NCBI RefSeq assembly: GCF_004010195.1
Contig: NC_057718.1
Coordinates: 13,433,549-13,497,548 of the forward strand
From: Chiloscyllium plagiosum
Lineage: Eukaryota
DNA: 64,000 nucleotides
Direction of reading: 5' to 3'
Shown: one piece after another, positions 27,339 to 40,570 of the stretch
How the letters are laid out: the number at the start of each line of letters is the position of its first letter
How positions within the stretch are numbered: position 1 is the stretch's first letter
The notes under the pieces: generated by a model
What the model was told of the DNA's origin: nothing
Databases searched by the model: none
The model's input: the letters and a program-made list of their open reading frames with translations, nothing else
Made by a program: the position numbers and the translations under genes

Positions 27339-27769
27339 TTGTGCATACTCGAGTAATAGTCAATCTCATGTAAACATCGACCCCCTTTTTTGGCCAAATA
27401 ACCTGGAATTTTCCATATACCTCGCGTAAAAGTCGACCGTAGCACTTCACAGATAACAGATCAACGTTTATGAGTCAATGTGCCGGCCGTCACATCCTGC
27501 TCCAGCTTTCCAGTCTGCCAGTTTTTCTGCTCTGCTCCTGGTCTTCCAGTGCGCTGGCTGTTGTGTGTCGCTCCAGGTTTTCAGAATTATCCTAATTTGT
27601 TTTTTTCCCCCCTTTATTAGTTTTGAAATCAATTGGGCTTCTGCTCATGGTACGGTATAAATTTTGACGGGCATGACTTTCATATAATTCCATGTAATAG
27701 TTGACCCCATAAATTTAACCTTAAAAAGCAGTCAAAAAAAAAAATTGACTATTGCTCGAGTATATACAG
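27339..27769. mobile_element. Non-autonomous Tc1/mariner-superfamily (pogo/Tc2-like) MITE
   Basis: TA-flanked 26-bp TIRs: TA|ttgtgcatactcgagtaatagtcaat versus reverse complement TA|ctgtatatactcgagcaatagtcaat (4 mismatches); no transposase ORF. Confidence 0.85.
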
Positions 27770-30700
27770 TATTTAACTATGATGAGCAACTCGGTCTCAT
27801 TTACATGCAATTCAGCAGAGGTCACCAGATATGAATAAGAAATGGGAAACACAGCTGATCTTTTCCTTTGCTAACCCAAAAAGATGACCAGGTCAACTGT
27901 AACACATTAACACACATCATGATGGAGGTCAAACAAATTCAGCAGATATAAAAACCAACTTTGAAGTTTCCACGCAAGGTGCAGCAATTCTCTTGAACAG
28001 TGTGATTAAGTAAACCCATGGAGCCATCCAGGGAGCAACAGAATTAAGGAAATTTTTTTGTATGGCACCTAGAAGTAGTAGTTATGTCACAAAAAAAATT
28101 TTTTACAAAACCATTAATTTATAAGAATTGAATTAATTGTAAATGAACAGCAAACTTATAAAAAAATCAAAGTTCTTAAATCTTGTCTTTTTCAGTACTT
28201 TGATAAAATTCTCTCGCTGGTCACGCACACAAAAAAATGGTATAAGACCATAAGACATAGGAGTGGAAGTAAAACCATTCGGTTTATTGAGTCCACTCCG
28301 CCATTTAATCATGGCTGATGGGCATTTCAACTCCACTTCCCGCATCTCCCCGTAGCCCTTAATTCCTTGTGAGATCAAGATTCCATGTGGTATCTTAAGT
28401 ATGAATTACTAAAAGCTACTTTCAATTCAAAGTCGCCCAAATCAACTTACCTTGCCATTCAAATTTGTTTTTATACTTATTCCCATTGTTAATTCTGTTA
28501 CTTCTTGGAAATTTTCTGAAATGCAATCTATTAGGAGTACACTGTAATTCTGAAAACAACTGTTAACGATAAAACTGTAACTAACAATTGATGAAGTTGA
28601 AACCCATTATCATAAATCAGACTCATTAGTTGAAAACTGAATTGACAAAATCAGTAGTGTGCATCAAGAAAACAGGCTTATCAGAGTAACGGTTGAACAG
28701 TTGACTGCTTTTAAACTCCCTTGATGTCTTAAGCTGTTTAAGGAACTACATAACCAAACAACATGAATTAGGAAATTCTAATGGCTCTATTCTGCCCGGT
28801 TTGCTGATCCTGGCAGCTGAATGGTAGCAGCTTCCCAATTGGCCTCAATAGTAGAAAAAAATAAGGCAGGCTTTGGCTGTTTCTCAGTATTTTGTATTGC
28901 CCTGTTAGAAGCATATACATGTATATAAATGATCTTCACTTGTTGCTTCCACAATGGATCAGCCTATTTATTCCTGACTAATACCTGGATTAAAACATTG
29001 ACCTTTAACCGTAATATTGACTTGCAATAATTATTATGTGCGTTTCTCTCTCCACAGATGCTGTCTGACCTCCTAGGTCTCGTAACCTTTAAAGGAGATA
29101 ACTTGCAAGCAGCTTGCATGGTATCCTCTAGAAGACTCCATGGTTGTGTGAATAGACAGCTTAGAGGGAACACTGCAGCTGAGTACTTCCTTTCTCATTC
29201 CCCATTTCAGATTTCTAGCATCTGTAGTATTTTGCCCTTGTAATGCTGAGCCAGTTGTGAGAGGTACTGCAGAGTGACTAATGTCTATGTAACAGTACCC
29301 CAGCAAGGAACAAACATCTTTGTGATCACTTCAGCATATCATGTGAGTAACTAAGGTAATGTACAATAAATTACAGCATCCCAGAGGATACCCATTATAA
29401 ATATGCTAATTGCATTATCATAAGTGAGTAATGAAGATAATGCTTACATTTTGATTGAAGTGTTCTGTTAAGGCACAGTCTCAAAGCACTCCAATACAAT
29501 TTACTATTTTCAGCAGTGATTAACACAAGGGGAAAAGGTGACATGAGATAACTTTGTTGATGAGGCTGGTTTTAAAATAAATACTGTGACTCCACTAAAT
29601 GCAAAGTTGTTTACAATTCCATAAAACATAATGGAAGTGCTAAAATTACTAATACCTGGTCTCACTTGCTGATCCATTTAGATTACCAAGTTATTAACTA
29701 CTTGGTACATAAATAGCATTGATAATTTCTGGATGAGAATTAATTTTACAGGTCATATTTTTATACATGATTGACATAACTTCTATTCATAAATATTAAA
29801 AGGAAGCATCAGCAAGGCTACCTCCTGTATTGCTTGCTACCTCAGATATTGACACCATGGTGGAAACATGGTGATTAGGAAGTTGGGAAGCACTTCAGTG
29901 TGACAGCTTCAAGGCCGGCCAAGAGAAATGCCTCAGGCCACTCCCGGAGATCAAGTACCTGCTCAGGCCCAGGCAGGAGAGCATCCAGTAGGGTCGGTAA
30001 TCAAGGACTTCATCCAAACACACAAGGAGGGACAGGAGCAGCAGACAGGTATATGGAAGCTAATGGCCCTCATAGCTCAGAGGCGACAGGAGTGCAGCTA
30101 CTTTATGGGGATCTAGTTACCTCGAGTATGCAACCGCCTGGCTGCCTCCACGGACAGGTTAGTGGCTGCCATGGAGGGTTATATTCAGAGTCTACTGGGT
30201 ACGCTCATACGCCTGCACTCCATCACCCCGACCATTGGTCCTCAGGACTGAAGACATGGTGAGATGGAACTTGGAGTGCTCTCAAAGGATCCCTTACTCA
30301 CAAGGAGGCAGAAGAAGAAGAACCACACAGACCCTTTAGAAGTTTCATCTTGAGGATCTTCAGAGGCGGGCAGGCTCTACACCTCCACCTTGCCAATCTT
30401 GTTCCAACCTTTGAAAGTTCAAACTGGGGAGGATCAACTTGCCTCTGTCACTAAGACCTTCAGCATGTCTGAGCCATCCAGACAAAAACACTCTTGGGGT
30501 GAGCCAAACAAACTTTTAAGGTAACAGTTACATGGTTTGTGCAAGCTGTTTGGATGAGTTTCAGGGCTCTGAGGATGACGAGTGAATTAATCACATGGTA
30601 CAGGAAGCCATTTAGGTGGGGTGAGGAACATAGCAATAATAAGGGACGATATAATTATGGGGACAGCTTCTTTCTCTGCAGTCATGAGTACAAGTCCAGA

Positions 30701-31099
30701 AGATTATGTTGGCTGCCTGGTGCCAGAGTTAAAGATATCTCCTTAGGATTGGGGAGGGTCTTGGAGCAGGGGAGTAATCCAGTCAATAGTTTTAACAACC
30801 AACACTGATTGTTGCAAAAGCAATGGGCTTCAGTTTATGGGGCACAGGCACCATTTTGGGGTAGAAGGGAGCTGTTCCAGTCAAATTAAAGTTAAGCACA
30901 GTCAGCATGGTTTCATGAAGGGGAAATCAAGCCTGACTAATTTATTACAGTCACAAATTGCTGGAGAAGCATCTATGGACAGAATAAATTTCTGTTAATT
31001 GTTTCAAATTTCCAGCATCCACAGGATCTTGTTTTCACTTATTACAGTTCTTTGATCAGATAACAAGCCTAACAGATAATAGAGAGTCAGTGGATATAA

Positions 31100-31775
31100 T
31101 AGAAAACATAGAAAATATAGAAATCATAGAAGATAAGAGGAGGCGGCCATTCAGCCCTTCAAGGCTTCTCCACCATTCATCACGATCATGGCCAATCGTC
31201 CAACTCAATGACCTAATCCTGCTTTCCCCCATAACCTTTGATCCCATTTGGCCCAAATGCTATACCTGGCTGTCTCATGAATGCGACCAATGTTTTGGCA
31301 TCAACTACTTCCTGTGGTATTGAATTCCACAGGCTCATCACTCTTTGGGTGAAGAAAGATCTCTTTTCCGTCCTAAATAGTGTACACCGAATCCTCAGAC
31401 TGTGACTCCTGGTTCTGGATACATCCATTATTGGGAACATCCTCCCTGCATCTACCCTATCTAGTCCTATTAGAATTTTATAAGTCTCTATTGGATTCCC
31501 ACTTGTTCGTCTGAACCCCAGTGAAAACAATCTTAATCTAGTCAATCTCCCTCCTCATTTGTCAGTCCCACCATCCCCAGAATCAGCCTGGCAAATCGCT
31601 GCACTCCCTCGAGAGCAAGAGCATCCTTTCTCAGAAAAGGAGAATAAAATTGCACACAATGTTCTAGGTGTGGCCTCACCAAGGCCCTATGTAACTGCAA
31701 CAACACATCCCTGCTCCTGTATTCACTACGAAGGCTAACATACCATTTGCCTTCTTTACCGCCTGCTGCACCTGC
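31100..31775 (-). mobile_element. CR1-like LINE 3' fragment nested in an older + strand CR1
   Basis: ORFs LHRALVRPHLEHCVQF and FFTQRVMSLWNSIP; (atagaaaa/c)n microsatellite tail at 31100-31135; host CR1 resumes at YLDFQK (31780). Confidence 0.88.
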
Positions 31776-31902
31776 ATATTTATATTTGGATTTCCAAAAG
31801 ATAGCCAATAAGTTACTGCACATAAGGTTACTGAATAAGATAACAGCCTATGATGTTAGTGTTAGTATAGCACGTACATTAGTAAACCAGGAGAGTATAG
31901 CT

Positions 31903-34345
31903 AGTCAGAGTCATACAGCATGGAAACAGATCCTTCGGTCCAACTCACCCATGTCGACCACGTTCCCAAACCAAACTTGTCCCACTTGCTTGAGTTTGGC
32001 TGATATCCCTCCAAACTTTTCCTATTCATGTACTTACCCAAACGTATTTTCAATGTTGAAACTGTAACTGCATCAACCACTTTCTCTGACAGTTCATTCT
32101 ACATACAAACCATTATCTGTAAAAAAAAAGTTGCCCCTCATGTCCTTTTTAAATTTTTCTTCTCTCACCTTAAAAATATGCCTCCTAGTTTTGAACTCCC
32201 TACTCAAGGGAAAAGACCCTTGCTATTCACATTATCTATGCCCCTCATGATTTTATAAACTTCATAACATCACCCCTCAACCTCTAGTGAAAAAAAGTCC
32301 CAAACTATCTTTAAAACGAAAACCTTCCATTTCTGGAAACATCCTGGTAAGTCTTTTCTGAACCTTCTCCAATTTAATAATATCCTTACTGCAGCAAGGT
32401 AATCCGAACTGTACATAGTACTCCAGACATGGCCTCACGAATGACCTGTACAACCTTAACATGACATACAAACTCCTGTGTCCAATGGTCTGAGCAATGA
32501 AGACAAGCCTGCTAAATGCCTTCTTAACCAACCTGGTTACATGTGACACAAATTTCAAAGAATTATGTACCTGAACTCCCCCCCCCCACCAAGATTTCTC
32601 AGTCCAACAGCATTACCCAGGGCCCTACCATTAATTGTATAAGTCCTGTCTTTGCTTGTTTCGCCAAAATGCAACACATCACATTTATCCAAGACCCAAT
32701 TGATCAAGATCTCTTTGCAATCATAGTTAACTTTTTTCACTGTCCACGATACCATCGATTTTGGTGTCATCCACAAAATTACTAACCACGCCTCCTAAGT
32801 TCTCACCCAAATCGCTAATAAAAATGACAAACAACAATGGGCCCAGCACCAATCCCTGTGGAACACTGCTGATCATAAGCATCCACTCCAAAAAACAAAC
32901 CTCCACGACCACCCTCTGCCTCCTATCTTCAAGCTAATTTTGTATCCAATTGACAAGCTCTCCCTGCATCCCTGCTTTCCCTGCACTCCCTGCATCTAAC
33001 TTTACGAATTAGATTACCATATGGAACCTTGTCAAAGGCTTTACTAAAGTCCATATAAACAATATTTACCGCTCTGCCCTCATTAATCTTTTTGGTTACT
33101 TTTTAATACATTCAATCAAGTTTGTGAGATAATTTCCTTCAAACAAAACCATGCTGTCTACCCTTAGTCAGTCCTTGCCTCTCCAAATATGTTTTAATCC
33201 TATCTCTCATGCCCACCGCTCATGTCAGACTCAGAGGTAGACAGTTCCCAGGCTTCTCCTTATAGCCTTTCTTAAATAACAACATGAGCCACTCTCCAGT
33301 CCTTTGGCTCCTCATCTGTGGTTATAGATTATATAAATATCTCTTGTTAGGGACCCCGCAATTTCTTCCCTACCTTCTTGCAATGTCTTCACTTGATCAG
33401 GTCCTGGAGATTTATCCACTTTTATGTTTTCTAAAACCTCCAGCACTTCCTCTTCCATAATGGGAAGCATTTTCAAAATATCAATATTTATTTCCTCTGA
33501 GTTCTGAAGCATCAATTTCTTTCTCCACAGTAAAAACTGATGCGAAATAATCATTCAATATCTCTCCCATCTCCTGAGGTTCAACACATAGATATCCTTG
33601 TTGATATTTAAGGAGCCCTAATCTCTTCATAGTTGGTGTTTTGTTCTTAATATAGTTGTAGAATCTCTTTGGATTATCCTTAATCTTATCTGCCAAGGCC
33701 ATTTAATATTCCCTTTTTGCCGCTCTGATTTCCCTCATAAAAATTCCCCTACACCTTTTATAGTCTTCTAGAGATTAATTTGATCCAAGTTGTCTATCTC
33801 TAATATGACCCCTCCTTATTTTTAATCAGAACCTCAATAACCTTATTCATCCATTGTTCTCAACTCTTACCGACCTTATCCTTCACTCTAACAGGAACAT
33901 AATGCCTGTGAACTCTCATTTTCACACTTTGGAAAGTCTCCCACTTGCCAGTTGATCCCTTACCTGCAAATATCTGCCCCAATCAACTTTTGAAAATCCT
34001 TGCACAATACCATCAAAATTGGCATTCCTCCAATTTAGAACTTTAACATTAGGTCTATCCTTTTCCATAACTATTTTAAAACTATTATGATCACTAGTCC
34101 CAAAATGCTCCCTGTAAAACTTCAGTCACTTGCCCTGCCTTATTTCCTAAGAGAAGGTCAAGTTTTGCTCCTGTTCTAGTAGGTGTATTTACATATTGAT
34201 AAAGAAAATTATCTTCAACATATCTAACAAATTTCTTACCATCCAAGCCCTTTACACTATAGAAGTCCCAGTCAATGTTCGGAAAATTAAAATGCCCAAC
34301 TATTACAACCCTATTATTCTTACATGTATCTAGGATTTCTCTACT
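31903..34345 (-). mobile_element. CR1/HER1-like LINE, about 2.4 kb, many disruptions
   Basis: ORF pieces IKDNPKRFYNYIKNK, KVDKSPGPDQ, SSVPQGLVLGPLLFVIFISDL...SNFVDDTKI, YRSFVRPCLEYYVQF. Confidence 0.93.
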
Positions 34346-37300
34346 TTTTAGCTGATCTTTGCTAACATAGCTTTTTGCAGAAGAATCAAGAATGTTTCTG
34401 GATATTTTTCAAGGGGACACTCGGGTTTCATACTGGAATCTCAACAATGACTTTTCCAAAAACATGACAGCTAAGTTAGGCAGCTCTTTTCCTTTGGCAG
34501 GAACTCCAAATAGTCTCCAAAAGCAGTGAAACCTGACAATCATAAACCCAGGCAGATAATGTCCTGTTAGTACATAATCTGTGACTACCAAATAAAATGC
34601 CATTTTCAAAAAGGTTCTTAAGTCCCCTCATTAACCTCTTAGAAAAAATCCAGGGACTACAGTCTTTCAAACTCAAGTCCGCAAAAATTGGTAAACATAC
34701 TCCTTTTATAACAAGTTTGAGCGGGAAAGTGGAAATTCGAGAGATTAGCCATGATCTTAATCATGGTGGAACAGCCTGCTTCTAATTTATATGTTCGTAA
34801 ATTGTTGACTTTGTTTACAACTTTAATGCAGAATCATTACCAACTGCGCAAAAATACTTACTACCAGATCTGCAGATAGTAACCAAGACCACCCACTTGT
34901 TGGGCTGTGCTAGAAGTTGGGAGGGTAGTTGAACTAGCTAAGTGACTCTCACAGTGCTCTGTAACAGGCATGATGGGCTGAATGGCTTCCTTCTTGTGTT
35001 ACAACCACTGCTTTTATGTAACAACTTCATGTTCCATTTTTATAAACAAAAGTGAAAACTTCTGGTAAAATTTAAGATTAGTGGTCAACCTAATTTTAAA
35101 ACAATAGCAGGGTGACAGACTAACATATATGCACAAAGAGGTACTACCACCATCTACAATTTATTTTAATAAAATTAATAACTTTATGATGATTTAATTG
35201 AATCTCCTTCAACTAATTTTTGTGACTACAATGTTAATATACAAACCTAACCAATATCACTTTACCAAAATGGGCTCCAACTAAAATCATAGATTATTTA
35301 CTCTATGAATCAATGGTATTATACACTGTAATTAGTTCAGTGGTGATGATCAGAAAATTATAATAAAGTAATGACTTGAAGGGATTAATGGCCCACTCTC
35401 AATTTCTCAAATACAACTGCCACTGCTGAGTAGTATTTTCCAGTATATACAAAAAGATAAATACACACATTATCTCAGTGAAGACAAAGAAAGATGAAAC
35501 TGAATCAATAAGATTTACACATGCAATTTCTGAACAAAAGCTTAGTGCACGTTAAAGGCTGCCAAGAATGTCAGTAACAACTTATGGTTTTCAGCCTTAA
35601 ATTTAGATGTGGTTCAATTTATCATACATAAAGAATTTTTAAAAATAAATTCTATTGCATGACACAAAATGGAGTATGAGAACAAACAGACAGAAGGCTA
35701 GGCTTGAATGAGACACAAGATAAGAGCGTGTAGTTGGGGAATTTGGTTCATGTGGTGCAGAGGATAAAGACGTTCTCCATTTTCTATCTTTTTCAGTATC
35801 CAGCAGATGTAGAAAATCTATATATGGTTTCTTATAATAGATGGTAACCACTTAACAGCGAGAGCTTGAACAGCCAGTGCAGCAGGTCAAAAGGTTCAGA
35901 TAATTCCAAACTGAATTAAAGCATGATGCAACAGTAAAGAAGGTAAGTGATTGATTGGCTTATTACCAGCAGTAAAATGTATTAGTAGTTAATGCATAAT
36001 TTAAAAAACTCCACTAAGAGAAATAAATTTAATAACATAATAAAGATAGCATGGCAGGTGATGTGTTGTGGCTGTTATATGTGGATGCTGATGATGCAGA
36101 CCATGTTTCTTTATCTAATTCTCCTTCATTCAGAACTGAAGGCATGAACTCCCAAGTACCACTATCAATTCAAAAATATCTATCACATGCCAACAATCTA
36201 GGTGTTCCTGCAATGAGAGTTACAATATTTCCCCTAAATATCACTACGTAGAACACTGATTTTGCTGTTGATGTCTCACTCTAGATTTTGTCAGCATTTC
36301 ACTTACAAGCCATAGCAATCAAAGCAGTTAACAAAATTCCCAGGTGCTGGAAGTAAATACTTAAAAAGGTCCCATTAGTGTAATTTTTCCAATGGTCATA
36401 AATTATTAATTGGAAGATAAACTCAACCGTAGAACAGTAATGACCACCACCACCTTTTTCATTTAAAGTCCAAATGATGATGGTTTAAAACTTGTTTAGA
36501 TGCAGAAAAGCTGTGATTGTTGTTAATTTTAGAAAGGCAGAGCTATGATAATTACTGGCCAACTGTTTTCTAAACAGTGAAAAAGTCTTAAAAATATGGA
36601 GCAGGGAACTAATGCCATAAATCCCTTATAATTTTCTTTTTCTAATGTTAAAAAAAAATCTAATGTAGATGCACCAATAATGGTGCATGGTCTCAGGAAA
36701 ATCTGGGGTATAATCTCTTGATATTAAACATGCTATTCTGGTACGTGCCTCAAGTGAGTCTTTTAGATTATATAAGGAAGAAAAAAGGCATTGTGGCAGA
36801 GCCCAAGCTCAACATATTCAAATTTCACATTTACTAGTGCAATTGTGATGAAAAATAAGGCCTCATGGTAAAAACACTATTTCAGAGTCCCTTCTGATGC
36901 TCAGTTGAGACTGGCCAACTCAGCACAGAATGGGGATCAAGCCTGAAATGGTCCGATGTCTCGTCAAATGTGTTTTGCATTGGTACCAACAGTTATAACT
37001 CTGGTAGAGTGAAAGAGACAATTGCAAGGCATCTACATATAACAGCTTAAGCGTTTCAGCACTGAAAACCTGCAGGGCTTCAACTGTAGTCAAAGCATCA
37101 GAAACATCTGCCAACAGCCCTGTGTACACTCTATATTTGCCACACAAAGAAAACAGCACAGCACTTTTGTATTGGTGGGGAGTGTAGAGAAGAGGGCCCA
37201 GACTACATCTGCGGAACATAGCACTTTGTTATTGCTAATATAACATATGCACTACCAAAGCCAGAGGGATAAGGAATCTCCTGGCCTGAGTGTCCTGTCT

Positions 37301-37825
37301 ATTACATTCTTTGAAAAGACAGATGTTCTGCTGCAAACAAGGCAATCCCTTAAACTTAAAGCAGGAGTCAGTACTTGGCTTATTGCAGACCCATTCTAGT
37401 CTGCTGATTGCACATCACACTCCCAGATTGACTTAGGTTGGAGTCTGCTGAGGCATGGAGACTTTTGGGTGTTCAGTTTTTGACTTTTGCTGGTTCTATA
37501 ACCAAAGAACATTAAATGAAACAGAAATCAAATTGTGTTTATTTAAAACAAGTGGCAAAGAACCATGATTGATGAGATGCTCTAGGCTATTTTTAGATAC
37601 ACAGAACTATACGAAGAATAAAACATCCGTTTCACATGTGAATTCGTAAAAATGCAGCTCAGTTATCTTTTGTGGCTTACCTTTTGTTTTCAAATCACAG
37701 GCAAGTGAAAGAAGCCTACACTCAATTAATTCTGTTACATTCAACTTGTTATCAGTACAGAAACATAGCTTCTTCAAGTATATTTAAGCAAGCTGTGCCA
37801 AGATTATTTTTAGCACGTAACTCAC

Positions 37826-37962
37826 CCGAGCAAAAGCAATGTTTTTTCTGGGAAGCTGTACTGTGCAAGATTATGGCTGTTGGCTGTCTGTTCCACTCCA
37901 ATGATTGTATGTCCTTCAGTTTTCTTTTGCTGCAGATATTCAACCAACTGAGCAGGTTTCAC
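37826..37962 (-). CDS. TARBP1: TARBP1 penultimate coding exon
   Basis: [45 protein letters not shown](G); acceptor tttcacag, donor GG|GTGAGT; 137 nt, phase 0 in, phase 2 out. Confidence 0.96.
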
Positions 37963-38104
37963 CTGTGAAACAAATAAATTGAAGATAGGCAGGAGACAAC
38001 ACAAGTTTAATATGCTCACATTTTAGTGAGCAATGACTGGAGGCTTGATTTCTTTCTTCAACTAGTTGTCCCACTTCCCCAAAAGTAAACAGCTCTCAGT
38101 TACC

Positions 38105-38228
38105 TAGGTGGAAGTGAGAACTGCAGATGCTGGGAAATCAGAGTCGCTAGACTTATGCCTGAAACATCAATTCTCCTGCTCCTTGGATGCTGCCTGACCT
38201 GCTGTGCTTTGCCAGCACTACAATCTCG
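38105..38228 (+). mobile_element. Mini-element of the hammerhead family, core decayed, 14-bp TSD
   Basis: agctctcagttacc at 38091-38104 and 38229-38242; front segment resembles 63697-63740, followed by the family body cttatgcctgaaacatcaattctcctgctcc. Confidence 0.8.
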
Positions 38229-38387
38229 AGCTCTCAGTTACCATCATTTGAAGCCAGATCATTGGAAAATTTATTGTTGTGCCTTTTGCCAATGTAGAAT
38301 ATCTCGGGTGAATAATATAAAGTTGTTAGATAAGCACCTTGCCACATAAAATCAGCTCCTTCCAGTTACCTGGTTATCATCAGCTCT

Positions 38388-38482
38388 GGAAATGTGTTGC
38401 TGGAAAAGCGCAGCAGGTCAGGCAGCATCTAGGGAACAGGAGAATCGACGTTTCGGGCATTAGCCCTTCTTCAGGAGGGCTC
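38388..38482 (-). mobile_element. 95-bp hammerhead mini-element with 13-bp TSD
   Basis: tatcatcagctct at 38375-38387 and 38483-38495; reverse complement matches 6868-6959. Confidence 0.88.
38445..38476 (-). ncRNA. Minimal type-I hammerhead ribozyme motif, intact core, sense to TARBP1 intron
   Basis: Minus strand TC-CTGAAGA-A-GGGC-TAAT-GCCC-GAAA-CG-TC-GA: perfect 4-bp stem II, all core positions present, GUC triplet. Confidence 0.78.
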
Positions 38483-39744
38483 TATCATCAGCTCTCTCAA
38501 ACTCCTCAGCTGACAGAGCCAGTCAACATTATGGATGTATACGGCACACATTCATGGCACATGTAAATGACCCATAAGTATTAAACAATTTGCAGGCTTG
38601 ATGGGTTAACTATAGTAAATGTGGGGTTGGGGTGATAGGATGGGATGCTGTAATGGTTGGTGCAGATTCGATGGGCCGAATGGCCTGCACCTGCTTTGTT
38701 GTGATTCTATTAGTGTATGATATTCAACACATCTGGAAGGTGCATCTCATTCGGTACATTTAAGCTTAAAGATGACAGATTAGCAGACCATCTGGTGATG
38801 GTATTGAGTCATCCTGATACCATTAGTACAGAAATAGGTTTATCACCTCCATAGCTTAGATGCAACATCAGCATCAAAAAATGAGAATATTTACTTTTTA
38901 CATCAAGACTTTTGTTTTCCTATTTAATAAGGAATAATCTCAACTTTTCAACAATGTCATTTTAAAAAAAAGCAGGGTTAAATTATCATCCTTTTTAAAT
39001 GGATAACTATACTCCTCTAATTCTGATCTCTTGCTCAACACCAATTTTAATTGTCACTGTTGGCAGCCAATATTTTTGGTTGCTTGGGTTTTAAGCTTCA
39101 GAATTCACTCCTCAAATTTCTCCATCTTCTATCCTTTAAGATGCCCCCTAAAACCCCATCTTTGACCATTTTTTTGGCTCCTTGTCCTAAGATCTCTGTG
39201 CTGCGTGGCACCATTTTCCTGTTTGCACCTGTGAAATTCTGCTGCATTAATGTGATTATGTAAATAAAAGTTTCTGTCATGCCTTTCTCCTTTTAGATGT
39301 CTTCAGGGACATGCATGAATTGCTGCTGCGTGCATACCCATCCTGAAATGCTATGAAGCAGATTGCATGGTTGACGTCTCTCTCACCATCACTTCACTTT
39401 TCACACCTACTCTTTGACAAAGTGGTGAATTTCCACTACAGACGATGGCAATGCTACATTTGGGTTTGCGGAAATCCACTGGTGCAAACCTTTGACTCTA
39501 CATTCACTTCGATCCAAACTGTGCACACATTTAACTGGCAGGTATCACAACAGAGCCCACTGTTGGTTTTAAGCATGCTGCAAAACAGCAAGCTTTCTCT
39601 AGACAAGAAGGTTAAATTGTCAACAGCCATATCATTTGACCTTGCAAAAAATGTTTGAATCTGTGAAACAGAAAGATCTGCAAGTTTGAAATATCACATT
39701 CAATTTGCTCAATACCCTATGACTCTCAAAAATAGCAAAGTCCG

Positions 39745-39995
39745 TATGCTTGCCTCTGAATCAAATGGTAACTAGCTCATGCCCCACTCTAGAGGCGGAG
39801 GACACAACCCACAACCTAGACATTGCACTCCAGTGACAGAGCACTGTACTTCCAGAGCTAATGATTTTCAAATCAGAAGTTAAAGTAAAGCTTTGCTTGC
39901 CCCCGAAATACATTAAAAAGGTCCCATTTTTGCTTTGAAAAGGGCATATAGGAGTTCACTTCAGAGTTCTGGTCAACATACATCACAACGTCAAC
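39745..39995 (+). mobile_element. Degenerate Deu-domain SINE (SacSINE1/AmnSINE-like)
   Basis: Approximate reverse match to 49960-50345; resembles the Deu domain as remembered. Confidence 0.5.
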
Positions 39996-40257
39996 ATCAC
40001 CGCCTTCCTGTACATCGATTGGCTTAGACATAACAGGTCAGAATGACCTCGTGCTGCAAATTTCTATGAGTTTCCTCCATAATGACGAATAGCAATCGTA
40101 CTGCACTAGTGACCCAGATCACCATATCAATGTTGTGAGGACATGGGTTTGAATCCCACTAACTCAGTGACAACCATGTAACCACTGTTGATGTTAAAAA
40201 TTGACCCTATTGTGGCACAGTGATAGCATCCCGATCCCTGAACCAGGAGGCCTGGGT

Positions 40258-40570
40258 TGGAATCATAGAACCCCAAAAGTTTGGAAGCAGGCCATTCTGC
40301 CCACCAAGTCCACACCAACCCAACAAACAGCATCCCACCCAGACCCAACCCCTGTAACCCGGCATTTCTCACAGCTAATCCACCTAGCCTACACATCACT
40401 GGATACTATGGGCAATTTAACATTGCCAATCTACCTAACCTGCATATCTTTGGGCAGTGGGACAAAACCGTAGCACCTGGAGGAAATCTATGCAGACATG
40501 GACAGAATGTGCAAACTCCACACAGACAGTCAAGGGTAGAATCGAACCCAGGTCCTGTGAGGCAGCAGTA
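40258..40570 (-). mobile_element. HE1-like SINE
   Basis: Homologous to 20395-20740; B box ggttcgattc on minus strand. Confidence 0.85.

Noticed and set aside
32961..32996. Four copies of tccctgc
   Set aside because: Simple slippage inside a CR1 copy.
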